Sequence record: DRR723986_10554
Length of the DNA: 54,347 bases
Direction: 5' to 3' (one strand)
Shown: positions 18,496 to 28,423 of the stretch, piece by piece
Numbering within the stretch: position 1 is the stretch's first letter
Layout of the letters: every line of letters starts with the position of its first letter
Made by a program: the position numbers and the translations under genes
The notes under the pieces: model-generated
The model's input: only the letters and a program-made list of their open reading frames with translations
What the model was told of the DNA's origin: nothing
Database searches by the model: none

Positions 18496-18951
18496 TCAGT
18501 TCTCCACACGTATGGTGCCGTCTTCTTGAACCCGCCCGGAAACAACCAGACCGCTATCGACATTGCGTACGCGTACGAAGTTGCCGGCTCCGCCGTTCTG
18601 AAGAGCTTCCACCTGCATGATGATCACCAGCCCCTGCTCACGGAAGACCAGTCGCGCCGGCTCACCACGACGAACAAGGACCGGCTTTTCGACCGAATTG
18701 ATCGGTACCGGCTGTCCCGGAAGCAACGTACGCCGTGCAACCATGCCAACCAGTTGGCCCCTGTTGGTAGACACCGCGAATTGCTGCGCTGTCCGCGTTG
18801 GAAACGATCGTTCGATCAGATCCTGGTGAGTGATTTCGGTTCCAGCCGGTATTGTCTGGCGCGGAACCGGCAGATCTATGCCTCCGGCTGCTTTCGCTGC
18901 CCCGGTGCTGAAGATCAAGACCAGCGCCAGGAAAAGGGATCGGATCGTCAT
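18496..18951 (-). CDS. flgA: P-ring assembly chaperone FlgA
   Basis: SAF domain: G.VARRTL.PGQP...LVRRG...ALQNG..G..VRVRN.DSG. Confidence 0.94.
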   Translation of the reverse strand: MTIRSLFLALVLIFSTGAAKAAGGIDLPVPRQTIPAGTEITHQDLIERSFPTRTAQQFAVSTNRGQLVGMVARRTLLPGQPVPINSVEKPVLVRRGEPARLVFREQGLVIIMQVEALQNGGAGNFVRVRNVDSGLVVSGRVQEDGTIRVEN

Positions 18952-18964
18952 CACCTTCTCCCTG

Positions 18965-19753
18965 TTAGCGAATGCCGTTGGTGACGGTACCGGCCATCTC
19001 GTCGGCGGCTTTCATGACCTTGGAGTTCATTTCATAGCCGCGCTGAGCGCTGATCAAGGCTGTGATTTCCTTTACCGGATCAACGTTGGAGCTTTCCAGA
19101 TATCCCTGGCGAACCACGCCGAAACCCGGATCACCAGCAACACCGGTAACAGGCGTGCCAGAGGCCTCGGTTTCTCGGAAAAGGTTGCCACCCACTGGTT
19201 CCAGACCGACATCGTTGGCAAAATTGGAAAGCGTCAGCTGTCCAAGTTCACGAGGCGTCATCTCGCCATCGACCTTGGCATAGACCTGACCCGATTCATT
19301 GACGACAACTTCAATGGTTTCTTCCGGAATGATGATCGCCGGTTCGACGGCATAGCCGTCAATGGTCACCAGTCTGCCGTCGGCATTCTTGTTGAACGAA
19401 CCGGCTCGGGTAAACAGTGTTTCGTCATCAGGACCGGTAATTTCGAACCATCCCCGCCCGTCAAGTGCAACATCGAACTGGTTGCCGGTGTTGGTCAGCG
19501 AGCCTTGGGCATGGAGTTTGCGGATCCCGGCGGTACGAACGCCCAGACCAAGCTGAGCACCTTCCGGCACAGGATCTTCACCACCCCGGTTCGGCACGCC
19601 CTGCAGGCGCTCGGCCTGATAGAGAAGGTCTGAGAATTCCGCCTGCGAACGTTTGAAGGACGTGGTGTTCATGTTCGCGATGTTGTTGGCGACCACTTCG
19701 ACATTCGTCTGCTGGGCGCTCATGCCGGTCGCGGCGATAGCAAGGGCTTTCAT
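18965..19753 (-). CDS. flgG: Distal rod protein FlgG
   Basis: ATGM.AQQ...[11 protein letters not shown] and LESSNVD.V.E...LISAQR.YE.NSK motifs. Confidence 0.97.
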   Translation of the reverse strand: MKALAIAATGMSAQQTNVEVVANNIANMNTTSFKRSQAEFSDLLYQAERLQGVPNRGGEDPVPEGAQLGLGVRTAGIRKLHAQGSLTNTGNQFDVALDGRGWFEITGPDDETLFTRAGSFNKNADGRLVTIDGYAVEPAIIIPEETIEVVVNESGQVYAKVDGEMTPRELGQLTLSNFANDVGLEPVGGNLFRETEASGTPVTGVAGDPGFGVVRQGYLESSNVDPVKEITALISAQRGYEMNSKVMKAADEMAGTVTNGIR

Positions 19754-19801
19754 GGATTTTCTCCTGGTAATTACAATCGCTTATCGAGGCCAAGCCTTCG
19801 A

Positions 19802-20134
19802 TCAGATCGACATGCGGCTGATTTCCTGATAGGCGCTCACGACCTTGTCGCGGATGGCAATTGCGGTCTGGAGGGTCGATTCAGCAGCCATTACGGCCTC
19901 GACCACCTGCTGAACGGAAGCCTGTCCGTCGACACCTGCAATCGACACCGCCTCGCCTTGCTTGATCTTGTCGATCGCATCGGTCGAAACTTTCGCCATC
20001 GCATCGGAGAAACTGGTTTCGCCCACGGCGCCTGTGCCGCCAAGGTCCGGCGTGCTCGCCGTGTACCTGGTGGTGGAGGCTGCTTTCAGGACGCCGTCGG
20101 TCGACGATGTCAGCGCGGAGATTTCATTGATCAT
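19802..20134 (-). CDS. fliE: Hook-basal body protein FliE
   Basis: C-terminal IRDKVVSAYQEISRMSI. Confidence 0.95.
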   Translation of the reverse strand: MINEISALTSSTDGVLKAASTTRYTASTPDLGGTGAVGETSFSDAMAKVSTDAIDKIKQGEAVSIAGVDGQASVQQVVEAVMAAESTLQTAIAIRDKVVSAYQEISRMSI

Positions 20135-20136
20135 GA

Positions 20137-20553
20137 TCAGTTCCTCAACAGGTCAATGTTGCGCATGACCATCTCGCGGGCCTGCGTCATGACTTTCAGA
20201 TTGGCTTCGTAAGAGCGGTTGGTTTCACGCATATCGGCCAGTTCAAGCAGCGTGTTGACATTCGGCATCTTGACGTAGCCGTTCTCGTCAGCCGCCGGAT
20301 GACCGGGGTCGTATTCCACCGCAAACTCGGCTTTGTCCTTGCCGATGTCCTTCACGGACACCAGGTTGGCCTGGACGGCGCGGTTGAATTCACTTTCGAA
20401 CGTGATGGTCTTGCGCCGATAGGGATCATCGCCGGCGGCTTCACCGGTAGAGCGGGCGTTGGCGAGGTTTTCAGACACAACTCTCAACCGCTCCGACTGC
20501 GCTCTGAGACCGGCGCCGGAAATCTGCAAGGTTGCGGAAAGCGGATCAGACAT
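20137..20553 (-). CDS. flgC: Proximal rod protein FlgC
   Basis: SENLANA, PYRRK, YDPGHPAAD..GYV..PNVN and RSYEANL motifs. Confidence 0.98.
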   Translation of the reverse strand: MSDPLSATLQISGAGLRAQSERLRVVSENLANARSTGEAAGDDPYRRKTITFESEFNRAVQANLVSVKDIGKDKAEFAVEYDPGHPAADENGYVKMPNVNTLLELADMRETNRSYEANLKVMTQAREMVMRNIDLLRN

Positions 20554-20565
20554 GATTGTTTTCCT

Positions 20566-20946
20566 TTAGGATTTCACTGTGGAGAGGTACATGCGGTGAA
20601 AGGACTTCGCGATACTGGCGTTCAACGAATGATCGCGCGCGACCTCTCCTGCCTTCATGAGTTCCTGTTCCAGACTGACGGAGTTACCGGAATGCGTGAC
20701 CGTCCAGCTGTCCGCCTTTTCGACATCGGACTTGCGCGCGGCTTCCATGGTCTGACCAAGATGGCCGTCATGGGTTGCGGTCATGGCAAGCTGGGTTTTG
20801 CTGATCACGGTTGTGAACGGTTCCAGGTCCTTGGAGCGGAAGCCTGGCGTATTGGCGTTGGCAATGTTTTCGGCAATGGTCGCCTGGCGGACGGACAGCC
20901 AGTCATTGCTATTCGAAACGAGTTTGGTCAGGAACACAGGTTCCAT
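20566..20946 (-). CDS. flgB: Proximal rod protein FlgB
   Basis: RQ..IAENIANANTPGF...D and SGNSVSLEQE motifs. Confidence 0.97.
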   Translation of the reverse strand: MEPVFLTKLVSNSNDWLSVRQATIAENIANANTPGFRSKDLEPFTTVISKTQLAMTATHDGHLGQTMEAARKSDVEKADSWTVTHSGNSVSLEQELMKAGEVARDHSLNASIAKSFHRMYLSTVKS

Positions 20947-20994
20947 AGAAGACCTCCTATCAGCTCAGGTTGCCCCAAGGGATAGTCAGCCAAG

Positions 20995-21007
20995 CTTGCC
21001 CGAAACT
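20995..21007 (-). promoter_or_regulatory. Conserved flagellar promoter box upstream of flgB
   Basis: CTTGCCCGAAACT, 49 nt from the flgB ATG. Confidence 0.65.
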
Positions 21008-21054
21008 GTTCGACCGTGATGATTTGGCAGGGTTCCTTCCCGGACGCCTGCGAC

Positions 21055-21070
21055 GCAAGTTTCACGCAAT
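21055..21070 (+). promoter_or_regulatory. Oppositely oriented copy of the flagellar box facing the 21140 ORF
   Basis: CGCAAG-TTTCA-CGCAAT tandem repeat (21054-21070); core AGTTTCACGCAAT at 21058-21070. Confidence 0.55.
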
Positions 21071-21139
21071 CTTCGGTGTGCATGCATTACCGGTGCGGGC
21101 GCCCCTGCCCTTTCAGTATTCGGTATTTGGGAGAAACGT

Positions 21140-21685
21140 ATGAAACGTCTGCAGCCGCCGACCTGCGCAAGGAAAGCAGCCAGACCCTCGGTCAAACCAT
21201 TCATATGTCGCGCCTTCACGATGCACCGTGTCCAGCTGGTGAAGGCCGGGCTCCTGCAGGCCGCAATCGCTGCTTCAGTTGCGTTCCTGGCACAAGAAGC
21301 TTCTGCCCAGACCACGAACTGCGATGCCTACGCAAGAGCCTATGCAGATGCGCATATCAACCCGGATCAATCGGACATGCCGATCGTCGACGGCGCGATG
21401 GAAGGAGCCGTTGCAGGCGGCGCCTGGGAAGGCCCAAGTGGAGCACGCAGAGGTGCATTGACGGGCGGTGCACTTGCAGTGCTGGACAACCTTGGCAGTA
21501 CACCGGCTGGTTGGCGCGGTTTGTACGATCTTGCATATCGCCTGTGCCGGAACGCACAATCACCAGTCACACACCGCCCCTCGACGCTGGGAGATCCCAG
21601 CTATCGCCCCGCACTCCCCGGTTCCGGCAGACCAGAGCCGTTAAGGCCAACGGGACCGCTTGCCCCATCAAGACCCAACAACTGA
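21140..21685 (+). CDS. Putative secreted glycine-zipper protein
   Basis: Signal-like segment ending in ASA-Q (alternative start 21221); GAMEGAVAGG...GARRGALTGG glycine zipper flanked by two Cys; Pro-rich tail. Confidence 0.7.
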   Translation: MKRLQPPTCARKAARPSVKPFICRAFTMHRVQLVKAGLLQAAIAASVAFLAQEASAQTTNCDAYARAYADAHINPDQSDMPIVDGAMEGAVAGGAWEGPSGARRGALTGGALAVLDNLGSTPAGWRGLYDLAYRLCRNAQSPVTHRPSTLGDPSYRPALPGSGRPEPLRPTGPLAPSRPNN

Positions 21686-21694
21686 GGTTGTGCC

Positions 21695-22063
21695 ATGTTT
21701 TCATTTCTGTCTTCGAAACGGGACGCCATTGCCGCAGCAATTCAGCGTCGCCTGCATCCGCGCCAACGCACGAGATTGCGCCCCGCGAAACTTGCGAGTC
21801 TGGACAATGAATTTATTTGCGATTGCACGATCAGGGACATTTCCGATGGAGGTGTCCGTCTCGTGCTGAACGAGGTTACCGACCTGCCGGAAGAGTTCTA
21901 TGTCTTCGATGCCGTCCCCAAAACCGTTGCCGAAGTGCAGCTGCGCTGGCGCGCCGGACTGGCCGCCGGAGTTGTCTATTTAGTTCCACCTGCAAGTATC
22001 CGGCACTTCAAGAACACCGGCGTCAGAAAACTTGCACAAAGGCTTTATGCTCTGGATGGCTAG
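21695..22063 (+). CDS. Single-domain PilZ protein
   Basis: RxxxR (RLHPR) and DxSxxG (DISDGG) c-di-GMP motifs; LRWR...AGV end of the PilZ barrel. Confidence 0.88.
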   Translation: MFSFLSSKRDAIAAAIQRRLHPRQRTRLRPAKLASLDNEFICDCTIRDISDGGVRLVLNEVTDLPEEFYVFDAVPKTVAEVQLRWRAGLAAGVVYLVPPASIRHFKNTGVRKLAQRLYALDG

Positions 22064-22074
22064 GCCCCGAGTAA

Positions 22075-22085
22075 TTGTCCTACAA
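22075..22085. promoter_or_regulatory. Candidate FadR/DgoR-type operator
   Basis: TTGTCCTACAA (TTGT-N3-ACAA palindrome) in an AT-rich spacer. Confidence 0.5.
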
Positions 22086-22306
22086 ATTTCAAAGCAGTGA
22101 ATTCATTTCCTTGCCTGAATGGTCAATAATTCAAACAGCAGCGACATAAAGAGACTCCAGAAGCGACGTATTAGCTTTGCAAAACGTCGTGGCAACTCAT
22201 TAAATCTAGTATTTTATAAAATTCGCTTGTAAAACATGCGCAGGACACAACGCCGGTCTCGCCGATCAAATACGATGGGAAAGACCCGACTGCCTGAGTC
22301 TGTTGA

Positions 22307-23065
22307 ATGGATAATAAAAAGCGTAATTTCTTCGAACTTCCGGACAAGGTCCTTACATCCCTGCCGACGGGGGCAGTCAAAGATACGGTCGAACATCTCG
22401 GTAGAAAGATTGCGCGGGGAGAATATCCGACAGGCGCGATCCTTCCGCGTGAGGACGAACTTGTCGACAGCCTCGGTGTTTCGCGAACTGTTGTCCGAGA
22501 AGCCATCAAGGTGCTTTGCGGCAAGGGGCTCGTTCGAACGGCACGCAGATATGGGTCTCGGGTCTGCCCCTTTGACGACTGGAACCTTCTCGATCCGGAC
22601 GTCATTCGCTGGCATGACCCAAGAAGTCCGCAGACCGCGAGAATTTATGCGGAAGCAACCGACCTCAGACTGATTTTCGAGCCGGAGGCCGCCGCTCTGG
22701 CAGCCGTCAACGCAAGCCGGGAGCAACGCGACACCATTCTTGCGGCCGCGCGTGCGATCCATCCTCTGGATGGTCAGGAAAGCATGATCGGCGCCGACTA
22801 CATGTTCCATGCCACGATCCTGCAGGCCAGTGGCAATCAGATGCTTTCCCAGCTCCAGAATCTGATTTACGCGGTCATGCTCTTTTCCTATGCCGCCTCA
22901 CAACGAACCCCTCCGGAAGAAAAGATTGCGCGTCGCAATCACGTCGGCGTTGCTGAAGCGATCGAATCCGGAGACGCAGAACTGGCGCGTGGACGCATGA
23001 AAGACATGCTGGTGCAAAACAAGGCCATGGCGGACAAGCTGGTCGCTTCGACCCTCCAGGAGTGA
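22307..23065 (+). CDS. FadR/GntR family regulator (DgoR-like)
   Basis: wHTH LP.E.EL...LGVSRTVVREAIKVL..KGLV; WNLLDPDV; FCD domain (AD..FH..I..ASGN). Confidence 0.93.
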   Translation: MDNKKRNFFELPDKVLTSLPTGAVKDTVEHLGRKIARGEYPTGAILPREDELVDSLGVSRTVVREAIKVLCGKGLVRTARRYGSRVCPFDDWNLLDPDVIRWHDPRSPQTARIYAEATDLRLIFEPEAAALAAVNASREQRDTILAAARAIHPLDGQESMIGADYMFHATILQASGNQMLSQLQNLIYAVMLFSYAASQRTPPEEKIARRNHVGVAEAIESGDAELARGRMKDMLVQNKAMADKLVASTLQE

Positions 23066-23183
23066 CCTGGTTGCCGGCAAACCTGTTGGTCTGTCTGGCG
23101 AACAGAGAGAGACACCGGTAATTTCCTGACCAGATACCCACTCTCTCTAGCGCACTTATGGAATGGCGCCTGCGTTTCCACAT

Positions 23184-23194
23184 TTGTTGGACAA
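23184..23194. promoter_or_regulatory. Candidate FadR/DgoR-type operator upstream of the FAH gene
   Basis: TTGTTGGACAA, about 68 nt before the ATG at 23262. Confidence 0.55.
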
Positions 23195-23261
23195 CTGAGA
23201 ATTTTCCCAGCAGACTAGGGAAAACCAACAATGATGGCCTAACGGCCAACCCGGGAACGCC

Positions 23262-24413
23262 ATGAAATTCTATTCAGAAACCGAATTGTCCTCCGGTACA
23301 TTTTTGGGCCGTGTCTGGCGACCCGATGTCAAGGGTCCTGCCGTCGTCACGCTGCGCGAAAACCGCGTTTTCGACATCACGTCCGCAGCCGCCCCCACCG
23401 TTCGGGATATTTGCGAACTAACGGAACCGGCTGCCTATGTTGCCGAAGCTAAAGGAGAAGATCTTGGCACTCTGGATGAAATCGCGGCTGGTACCTGCAG
23501 CGATCTCGCCAAACTGCATTTTCTGGCTCCCTGCGATTTACAGGCAGTGAAGGCATGCGGCGTGACCTTCGCAAATTCCATGGTCGAACGCGTGATCGAG
23601 GAGAAAGCGGCAGGAGATCCTCAAAAGGCCGAAGCCATCCGGGCACGGGTAGGCGCAACCATCGGCGACAGTCTGCGTAACCTGCGAGCCGGATCCGAAG
23701 AAGCTGCCAAGGTCAAACAAGCGCTTATCTCCGAGGGACTCTGGAGCCAATACCTGGAAGTCGGCATCGGCCCGGATGCCGAGGTCTTTTCCAAGGCGCA
23801 GGTTCTTTCCTCCGTCGGCACCGGAGCCGACGTCGGACTGCACCCGGTGTCCAGCTGGAACAACCCAGAACCGGAAGTGGTTCTGACAGTCTCTTCAAAG
23901 GGTGTGATTGTTGGCGCGACGCTTGGAAACGATGTCAATCTGCGTGATGTCGAGGGCCGTTCGGCATTGCTCTTGTCCAAGGCAAAGGACAACAATGCAT
24001 CCTGTGCCATCGGGCCGATGATCCGACTATTCGACCAGGGATATTCGCTGGATGACGTTCGACTGGCAGAGCTGGATCTGACGGTGGAGGGAACGGACGG
24101 CTTCATCCTGAAGGGGAGATCTTCGATGAAGGAAATCAGTCGGGACCCTGTGGATCTGGTTCGGCAAACCCTGGGCCGCCACCATCAGTATCCCGACGGG
24201 ATCATGCTGTTTCTCGGTACCCTCTTCGCACCGACGCAGGACCGGGACGTTGCCGGAGAAGGTTTCACTCACAAACTGGGCGACGTCGTCACAATCGAAA
24301 GTCCGGGCCTAGGTCGATTGAGCAACACGGTCCGGCTTTCGACCGAATGTCCGGAATGGACATTCGGCATAAGCTCCCTCATGCGCAATCTCGCACAAAG
24401 GGGTCTCTTGTAG
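23262..24413 (+). CDS. Fumarylacetoacetate hydrolase family protein (XylX-like 2-keto-3-deoxy sugar-acid dehydratase)
   Basis: KACGVTF, WSQYLEVGIGPDAEVF, WNNPEPE and LGNDVNLRDVEGRSALLL.KAKD motifs. Confidence 0.85.
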   Translation: MKFYSETELSSGTFLGRVWRPDVKGPAVVTLRENRVFDITSAAAPTVRDICELTEPAAYVAEAKGEDLGTLDEIAAGTCSDLAKLHFLAPCDLQAVKACGVTFANSMVERVIEEKAAGDPQKAEAIRARVGATIGDSLRNLRAGSEEAAKVKQALISEGLWSQYLEVGIGPDAEVFSKAQVLSSVGTGADVGLHPVSSWNNPEPEVVLTVSSKGVIVGATLGNDVNLRDVEGRSALLLSKAKDNNASCAIGPMIRLFDQGYSLDDVRLAELDLTVEGTDGFILKGRSSMKEISRDPVDLVRQTLGRHHQYPDGIMLFLGTLFAPTQDRDVAGEGFTHKLGDVVTIESPGLGRLSNTVRLSTECPEWTFGISSLMRNLAQRGLL

Positions 24414-24472
24414 TCGTACGCCGAATTGCCCAGCGCATCACGAAAGCGCTCATCAGGAACCTTTCGGCCGAC

Positions 24473-25858
24473 CTAAAGCGACGGCTGGACCATCTTCGCC
24501 GGATCAACAACCCGGTCGAATTCCTCCGCACTGACGAATTCAAGGTCAAGGCACGCCTGCTTCAAGGTCAGATCATGCTCGAACGCATGGTGTGCGGCAT
24601 GACTGGCCTTGTCATATCCGATCACCGGACTTAGCGCTGTCACAAGCATCAGGGATTGATCCAGAAACTCCCTGATGCGCTTCTCGTTCGGCTCCATGCC
24701 TTCCACCAGGAAAAGGGAGAAGTTGGTGCAACCGTCGCCCATAATCTTTACCGACTGCAGGATCGCATTGATCATCAGCGGCTTGTAGACATTCATCTCC
24801 AGGTAGCCACTGGCGCCACCTATCCCGACGACGACGTCATTGCCCATCACCTGTGCCGCAACCATCGCCAGTGCCTCGCACTGCGTCGGGTTGACCTTGC
24901 CTGGCATGATCGAAGAGCCGGGCTCGTTTGCCGGAATTTTCAACTCAAAGAAACCGCAGCGGGGCCCACAGGACAAGAGGCGGATATCGTTTGCGATCTT
25001 GAACAAGGAAACTGAAAGCGTCTTCAAGGCTCCGCTCAACATGACAAGAGCATCATGTGCCCCCTGAACCGCAAACTTGTTCGGAGCCGTATAGAACGGC
25101 AAGTCCGTCAGTTCCGCGATCCGGGTGGCAGACAACTCCGCAAAAAGGGGATGAGCGTTGATACCCGTCCCGACTGCGGTTCCGCCCAGCGCCAGTCCAT
25201 AGACATCCTTTAGGGCAAAACTGATGCGCTCAATGTCCTGACGCAGCATTTCCGCATAACCGGAAAACTCCTGACCAAGCGTCAAAGGCGTGGCGTCCTG
25301 CATATGCGTTCTGCCGATCTTTATGATGTCGTCCCAGGCGTCGGCTTTGTCTTGCAGGCTCCTGTGGAGCATCTGCACGCCGGGCAAAAGGCGATGTGTC
25401 ACCTGGAGTGCAGCGGCCATGTGCATCGCTGCGGGGAAGCTGTCATTGGACGATTGAGACAGGTTCACGTGATCGTTCGGATGAACCGGATCCTTTGACC
25501 CCAGCACACCACCGGCAAGGGCAATGGCGCGATTGGAGATCACTTCGTTCACGTTCATGTTGGTTTGTGTTCCGCTGCCGGTCATCCAGACGTGCAACGG
25601 AAAATGGTCGTCAAGTTTTCCATCAATAACTTCGTCGGCTGCCTGGACAATCAACCGAGCAAGATCTGCATCCAGCAACCCCAGCTCTTCGTTTGCAAGG
25701 GCCGCTGACTTCTTCAAAACGCCATAAGCGTGGACAAGCTCTATCGGCATCAGGTCGCTACCGATGGAAAAATACTTCAAGGAGCGCTGTGTCTGTGCCC
25801 CCCAGTATTTGTCCTCCGGCACGTCTATTTCGCCGATGCTGTCGCTTTCAGTACGCAT
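24473..25858 (-). CDS. fumC: Class II fumarate hydratase
   Basis: [15 protein letters not shown] signature; [20 protein letters not shown] and [10 protein letters not shown]. Confidence 0.96.
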   Translation of the reverse strand: MRTESDSIGEIDVPEDKYWGAQTQRSLKYFSIGSDLMPIELVHAYGVLKKSAALANEELGLLDADLARLIVQAADEVIDGKLDDHFPLHVWMTGSGTQTNMNVNEVISNRAIALAGGVLGSKDPVHPNDHVNLSQSSNDSFPAAMHMAAALQVTHRLLPGVQMLHRSLQDKADAWDDIIKIGRTHMQDATPLTLGQEFSGYAEMLRQDIERISFALKDVYGLALGGTAVGTGINAHPLFAELSATRIAELTDLPFYTAPNKFAVQGAHDALVMLSGALKTLSVSLFKIANDIRLLSCGPRCGFFELKIPANEPGSSIMPGKVNPTQCEALAMVAAQVMGNDVVVGIGGASGYLEMNVYKPLMINAILQSVKIMGDGCTNFSLFLVEGMEPNEKRIREFLDQSLMLVTALSPVIGYDKASHAAHHAFEHDLTLKQACLDLEFVSAEEFDRVVDPAKMVQPSL

Positions 25859-25879
25859 ATGCGCCTCCTCGTGAGTGGC

Positions 25880-26689
25880 TCAAGGGGCCAGCAAGGTTTC
25901 CGTCAGTTCACTATCGGGATCCTTCAAACCGTCTATGACATCGAAATGATGGCGGCCGGGATCCTCCTTGTAGGTGGCCATTGGCCAGGCATCCGCAAGG
26001 AGTTTCGATTGCCTTAGAAACTCCGGGCGCTCCGCTCCGCCGACCCAGGCGACTACCGGACAGTCGACCGCGGGCACCGTCAATGCCGCACTTTCGGCCA
26101 TGGCATCGTTTTCGTTCATCTGGAAGGACTTGTTCATCACCGTGTTTCTGAGCGGGCGAAGGTCGTGCAAACCGCTGATGGAAACAACACGCTCGATTCG
26201 TTCCAGAACGTCTTTCGGCAACCGGCTGTCTTCGCAAATCATGCGTGTGACCAGATGCCCTCCGGCGGAATGCCCGGCAAGACGGATCGGTCCACCAACG
26301 CGAGCAGCTGCCTTCGTAATCGCAACAGAGATTTGGCGCGTGATATCTGCGATCCTCGCATCAGGAGCCAGATCGTACGACGGAATGCATACGGTCCAAC
26401 CTCTTGCCAGGCAGCCGCTAGCAAAATGCGACCAGGAACTTTTATCGAATCTCAGCCAATAGCCCCCGTGCACGAACACGACGAGCCCCTTGGACTTCCT
26501 TTGCGGCCGAAACACATCGAACCGCTGACGATCCCCTTCCCCGTAAACGACATCCAGATCCTTTTCGACCCAGCTTTTCCGGAAGGTTTCAGCTTCCTGC
26601 GCCCAGCGCACGATGAAATCGTCAGCGCCCGGAATATAGGCAGCATTTGAATAGGCATCGTCCCAATCAATAATCGTCATCTCACTCAT
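25880..26689 (-). CDS. Alpha/beta hydrolase (esterase/arylformamidase-like)
   Basis: HGGYW oxyanion motif, GHSAG nucleophile elbow, C-terminal HHFDV. Confidence 0.9.
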   Translation of the reverse strand: MSEMTIIDWDDAYSNAAYIPGADDFIVRWAQEAETFRKSWVEKDLDVVYGEGDRQRFDVFRPQRKSKGLVVFVHGGYWLRFDKSSWSHFASGCLARGWTVCIPSYDLAPDARIADITRQISVAITKAAARVGGPIRLAGHSAGGHLVTRMICEDSRLPKDVLERIERVVSISGLHDLRPLRNTVMNKSFQMNENDAMAESAALTVPAVDCPVVAWVGGAERPEFLRQSKLLADAWPMATYKEDPGRHHFDVIDGLKDPDSELTETLLAP

Positions 26690-26842
26690 TCGAAATCCTC
26701 AGGCAAACGTCGAAACCGATCGGCGGCATACTTGCACGATTTACCTAGAAAGCGGAACGGCCTGAATGCCAATCTCAACTTGTCAAACGGACTGCCATCA
26801 ACCTAACGTCTGAAAAAACCAGTAGTCGGGAGGCAAACTTAG

Positions 26843-28423
26843 ATGGTGGAGCGCTGTTCCAATCGCGTGGCCAATCTTGCGCATTTTCTGTCCAGGAACG
26901 CTGCCCGGTGGCCCTCAGGTCCCGCAGTTGTCGAGGATGGGGTCACCTTGAGCTGGTCACAAATCGATTCGCGCGTCTCCGCACTTGCCAAGAGTCTCCA
27001 ATCGGAATTCGGCGTTTCCAAGGGCGACGGCTTGCTGGTCCAGGCCCAGAACTCGCATCAGATGATCGAGATCATGTTGGCCGCATTTCGTCTGGGAGCC
27101 ATCTGGGTTCCCTGCAATTTCAGACAGGCTCCGGGCGAAACGGCCTATGCTGCGGTAAAAGCGAAGGCGAAGGTTTTCCTGTGTGACGCTGATTTTGGTG
27201 CTCAGGCCGATGCAGTGCGAAACGCCAGAGGTCAGCTGACAGGATGCATTACAATTGGAGCCAGCGACTTTGGCACAAGCTATGAGGATCTCCTCTCCCG
27301 TTACCAGGGACAGGTCCTGCAGAACGAGGCTGTGGACTATAACGATCCCTGTTGGCTGTTCTTCACCTCAGGCTCGACCGGCCGCCCGAAGGCAGTTGTC
27401 CTTAGTCACGGGCAGATCGGATTCGTTTGCGTCAACTACATGGCAGACCTGTTGCCCGGGACGACGGAGCGCGATGCGTCGCTGGTCATAGCTCCATTGT
27501 CACACGGCGCAGGGTTGCAACTGATTGCCCAGCTATCAGTTGGTTCCACACATGTTCTCCTGCCCGGAGGCGGCTTCAATCCCTCGACTGCATTCGAGTT
27601 GATCGAAAAACACAAGGTCAGCAATCTCTTCACTGTTCCCACAATCGTCAAACGCCTGGTGGAAGACCCTTCTGTTGATCAGTACGATCACTCGAGCCTT
27701 CGTCACGTCATTTATGCGGGGGCTCCCATGTACAGGGAGGACCAGAAGCTGGCACTCCAGAAATTGGGGCAGGTTCTGGTTCAATACTACGGACTTGGCG
27801 AGGTCACCGGAAACATCACCGTGCTGCGGCCACAGGATCATTTTCTGGAGGATGGACCTGAGGCACGCAGCGGCACCTGCGGTACGGAGCGAACTGGTAT
27901 AGAGGTTTCGATCCAGGACGAGGATGGCAATCACCTGCCCCCCAATGAAACGGGTGAAGTCTGCGTCATCGGTTCGGCAGTCTGTGCTGGCTATCTGGAA
28001 GACGAAGACGCCAACCAGAAGTCTTTCCGGAACGGCTGGTTCCGCACCGGAGACATCGGTCACATGGATGAACAGCGCTACCTCTTCCTGACAGGCCGAG
28101 CGTCGGACATGTACATTTCTGGTGGCTCCAACGTCTACCCGAAGGAAGTCGAGGAAGTGCTGCTTACACATCCGGATATTTCCGAGGTCGCAATTCTCGG
28201 CATTCCGGACAGGCAATGGGGCGAAGTTGGCCTAGCCGTTTGTGTGGCTGCCCCAGACAAATCACCTGACCCTCAGGACCTCAGCGACTATCTGAATGGC
28301 AAGATCGCTCGCTACAAGATGCCTGCACGTTATCTCTTCATTCCCGCAATGCCGACAAGTGCCTATGGCAAGATCACCAAGAAACTGGTGCGGGAGCATT
28401 TGACCGAGAAAGGCCTGTTGTGA
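26843..28423 (+). CDS. AMP-dependent acyl-CoA synthetase/ligase
   Basis: FFTSGSTGRPK, YYGLGE, GWFRTGDIG, GGSNVYPKEVE and C-terminal P.SAYGK. Confidence 0.93.
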   Translation: MVERCSNRVANLAHFLSRNAARWPSGPAVVEDGVTLSWSQIDSRVSALAKSLQSEFGVSKGDGLLVQAQNSHQMIEIMLAAFRLGAIWVPCNFRQAPGETAYAAVKAKAKVFLCDADFGAQADAVRNARGQLTGCITIGASDFGTSYEDLLSRYQGQVLQNEAVDYNDPCWLFFTSGSTGRPKAVVLSHGQIGFVCVNYMADLLPGTTERDASLVIAPLSHGAGLQLIAQLSVGSTHVLLPGGGFNPSTAFELIEKHKVSNLFTVPTIVKRLVEDPSVDQYDHSSLRHVIYAGAPMYREDQKLALQKLGQVLVQYYGLGEVTGNITVLRPQDHFLEDGPEARSGTCGTERTGIEVSIQDEDGNHLPPNETGEVCVIGSAVCAGYLEDEDANQKSFRNGWFRTGDIGHMDEQRYLFLTGRASDMYISGGSNVYPKEVEEVLLTHPDISEVAILGIPDRQWGEVGLAVCVAAPDKSPDPQDLSDYLNGKIARYKMPARYLFIPAMPTSAYGKITKKLVREHLTEKGLL

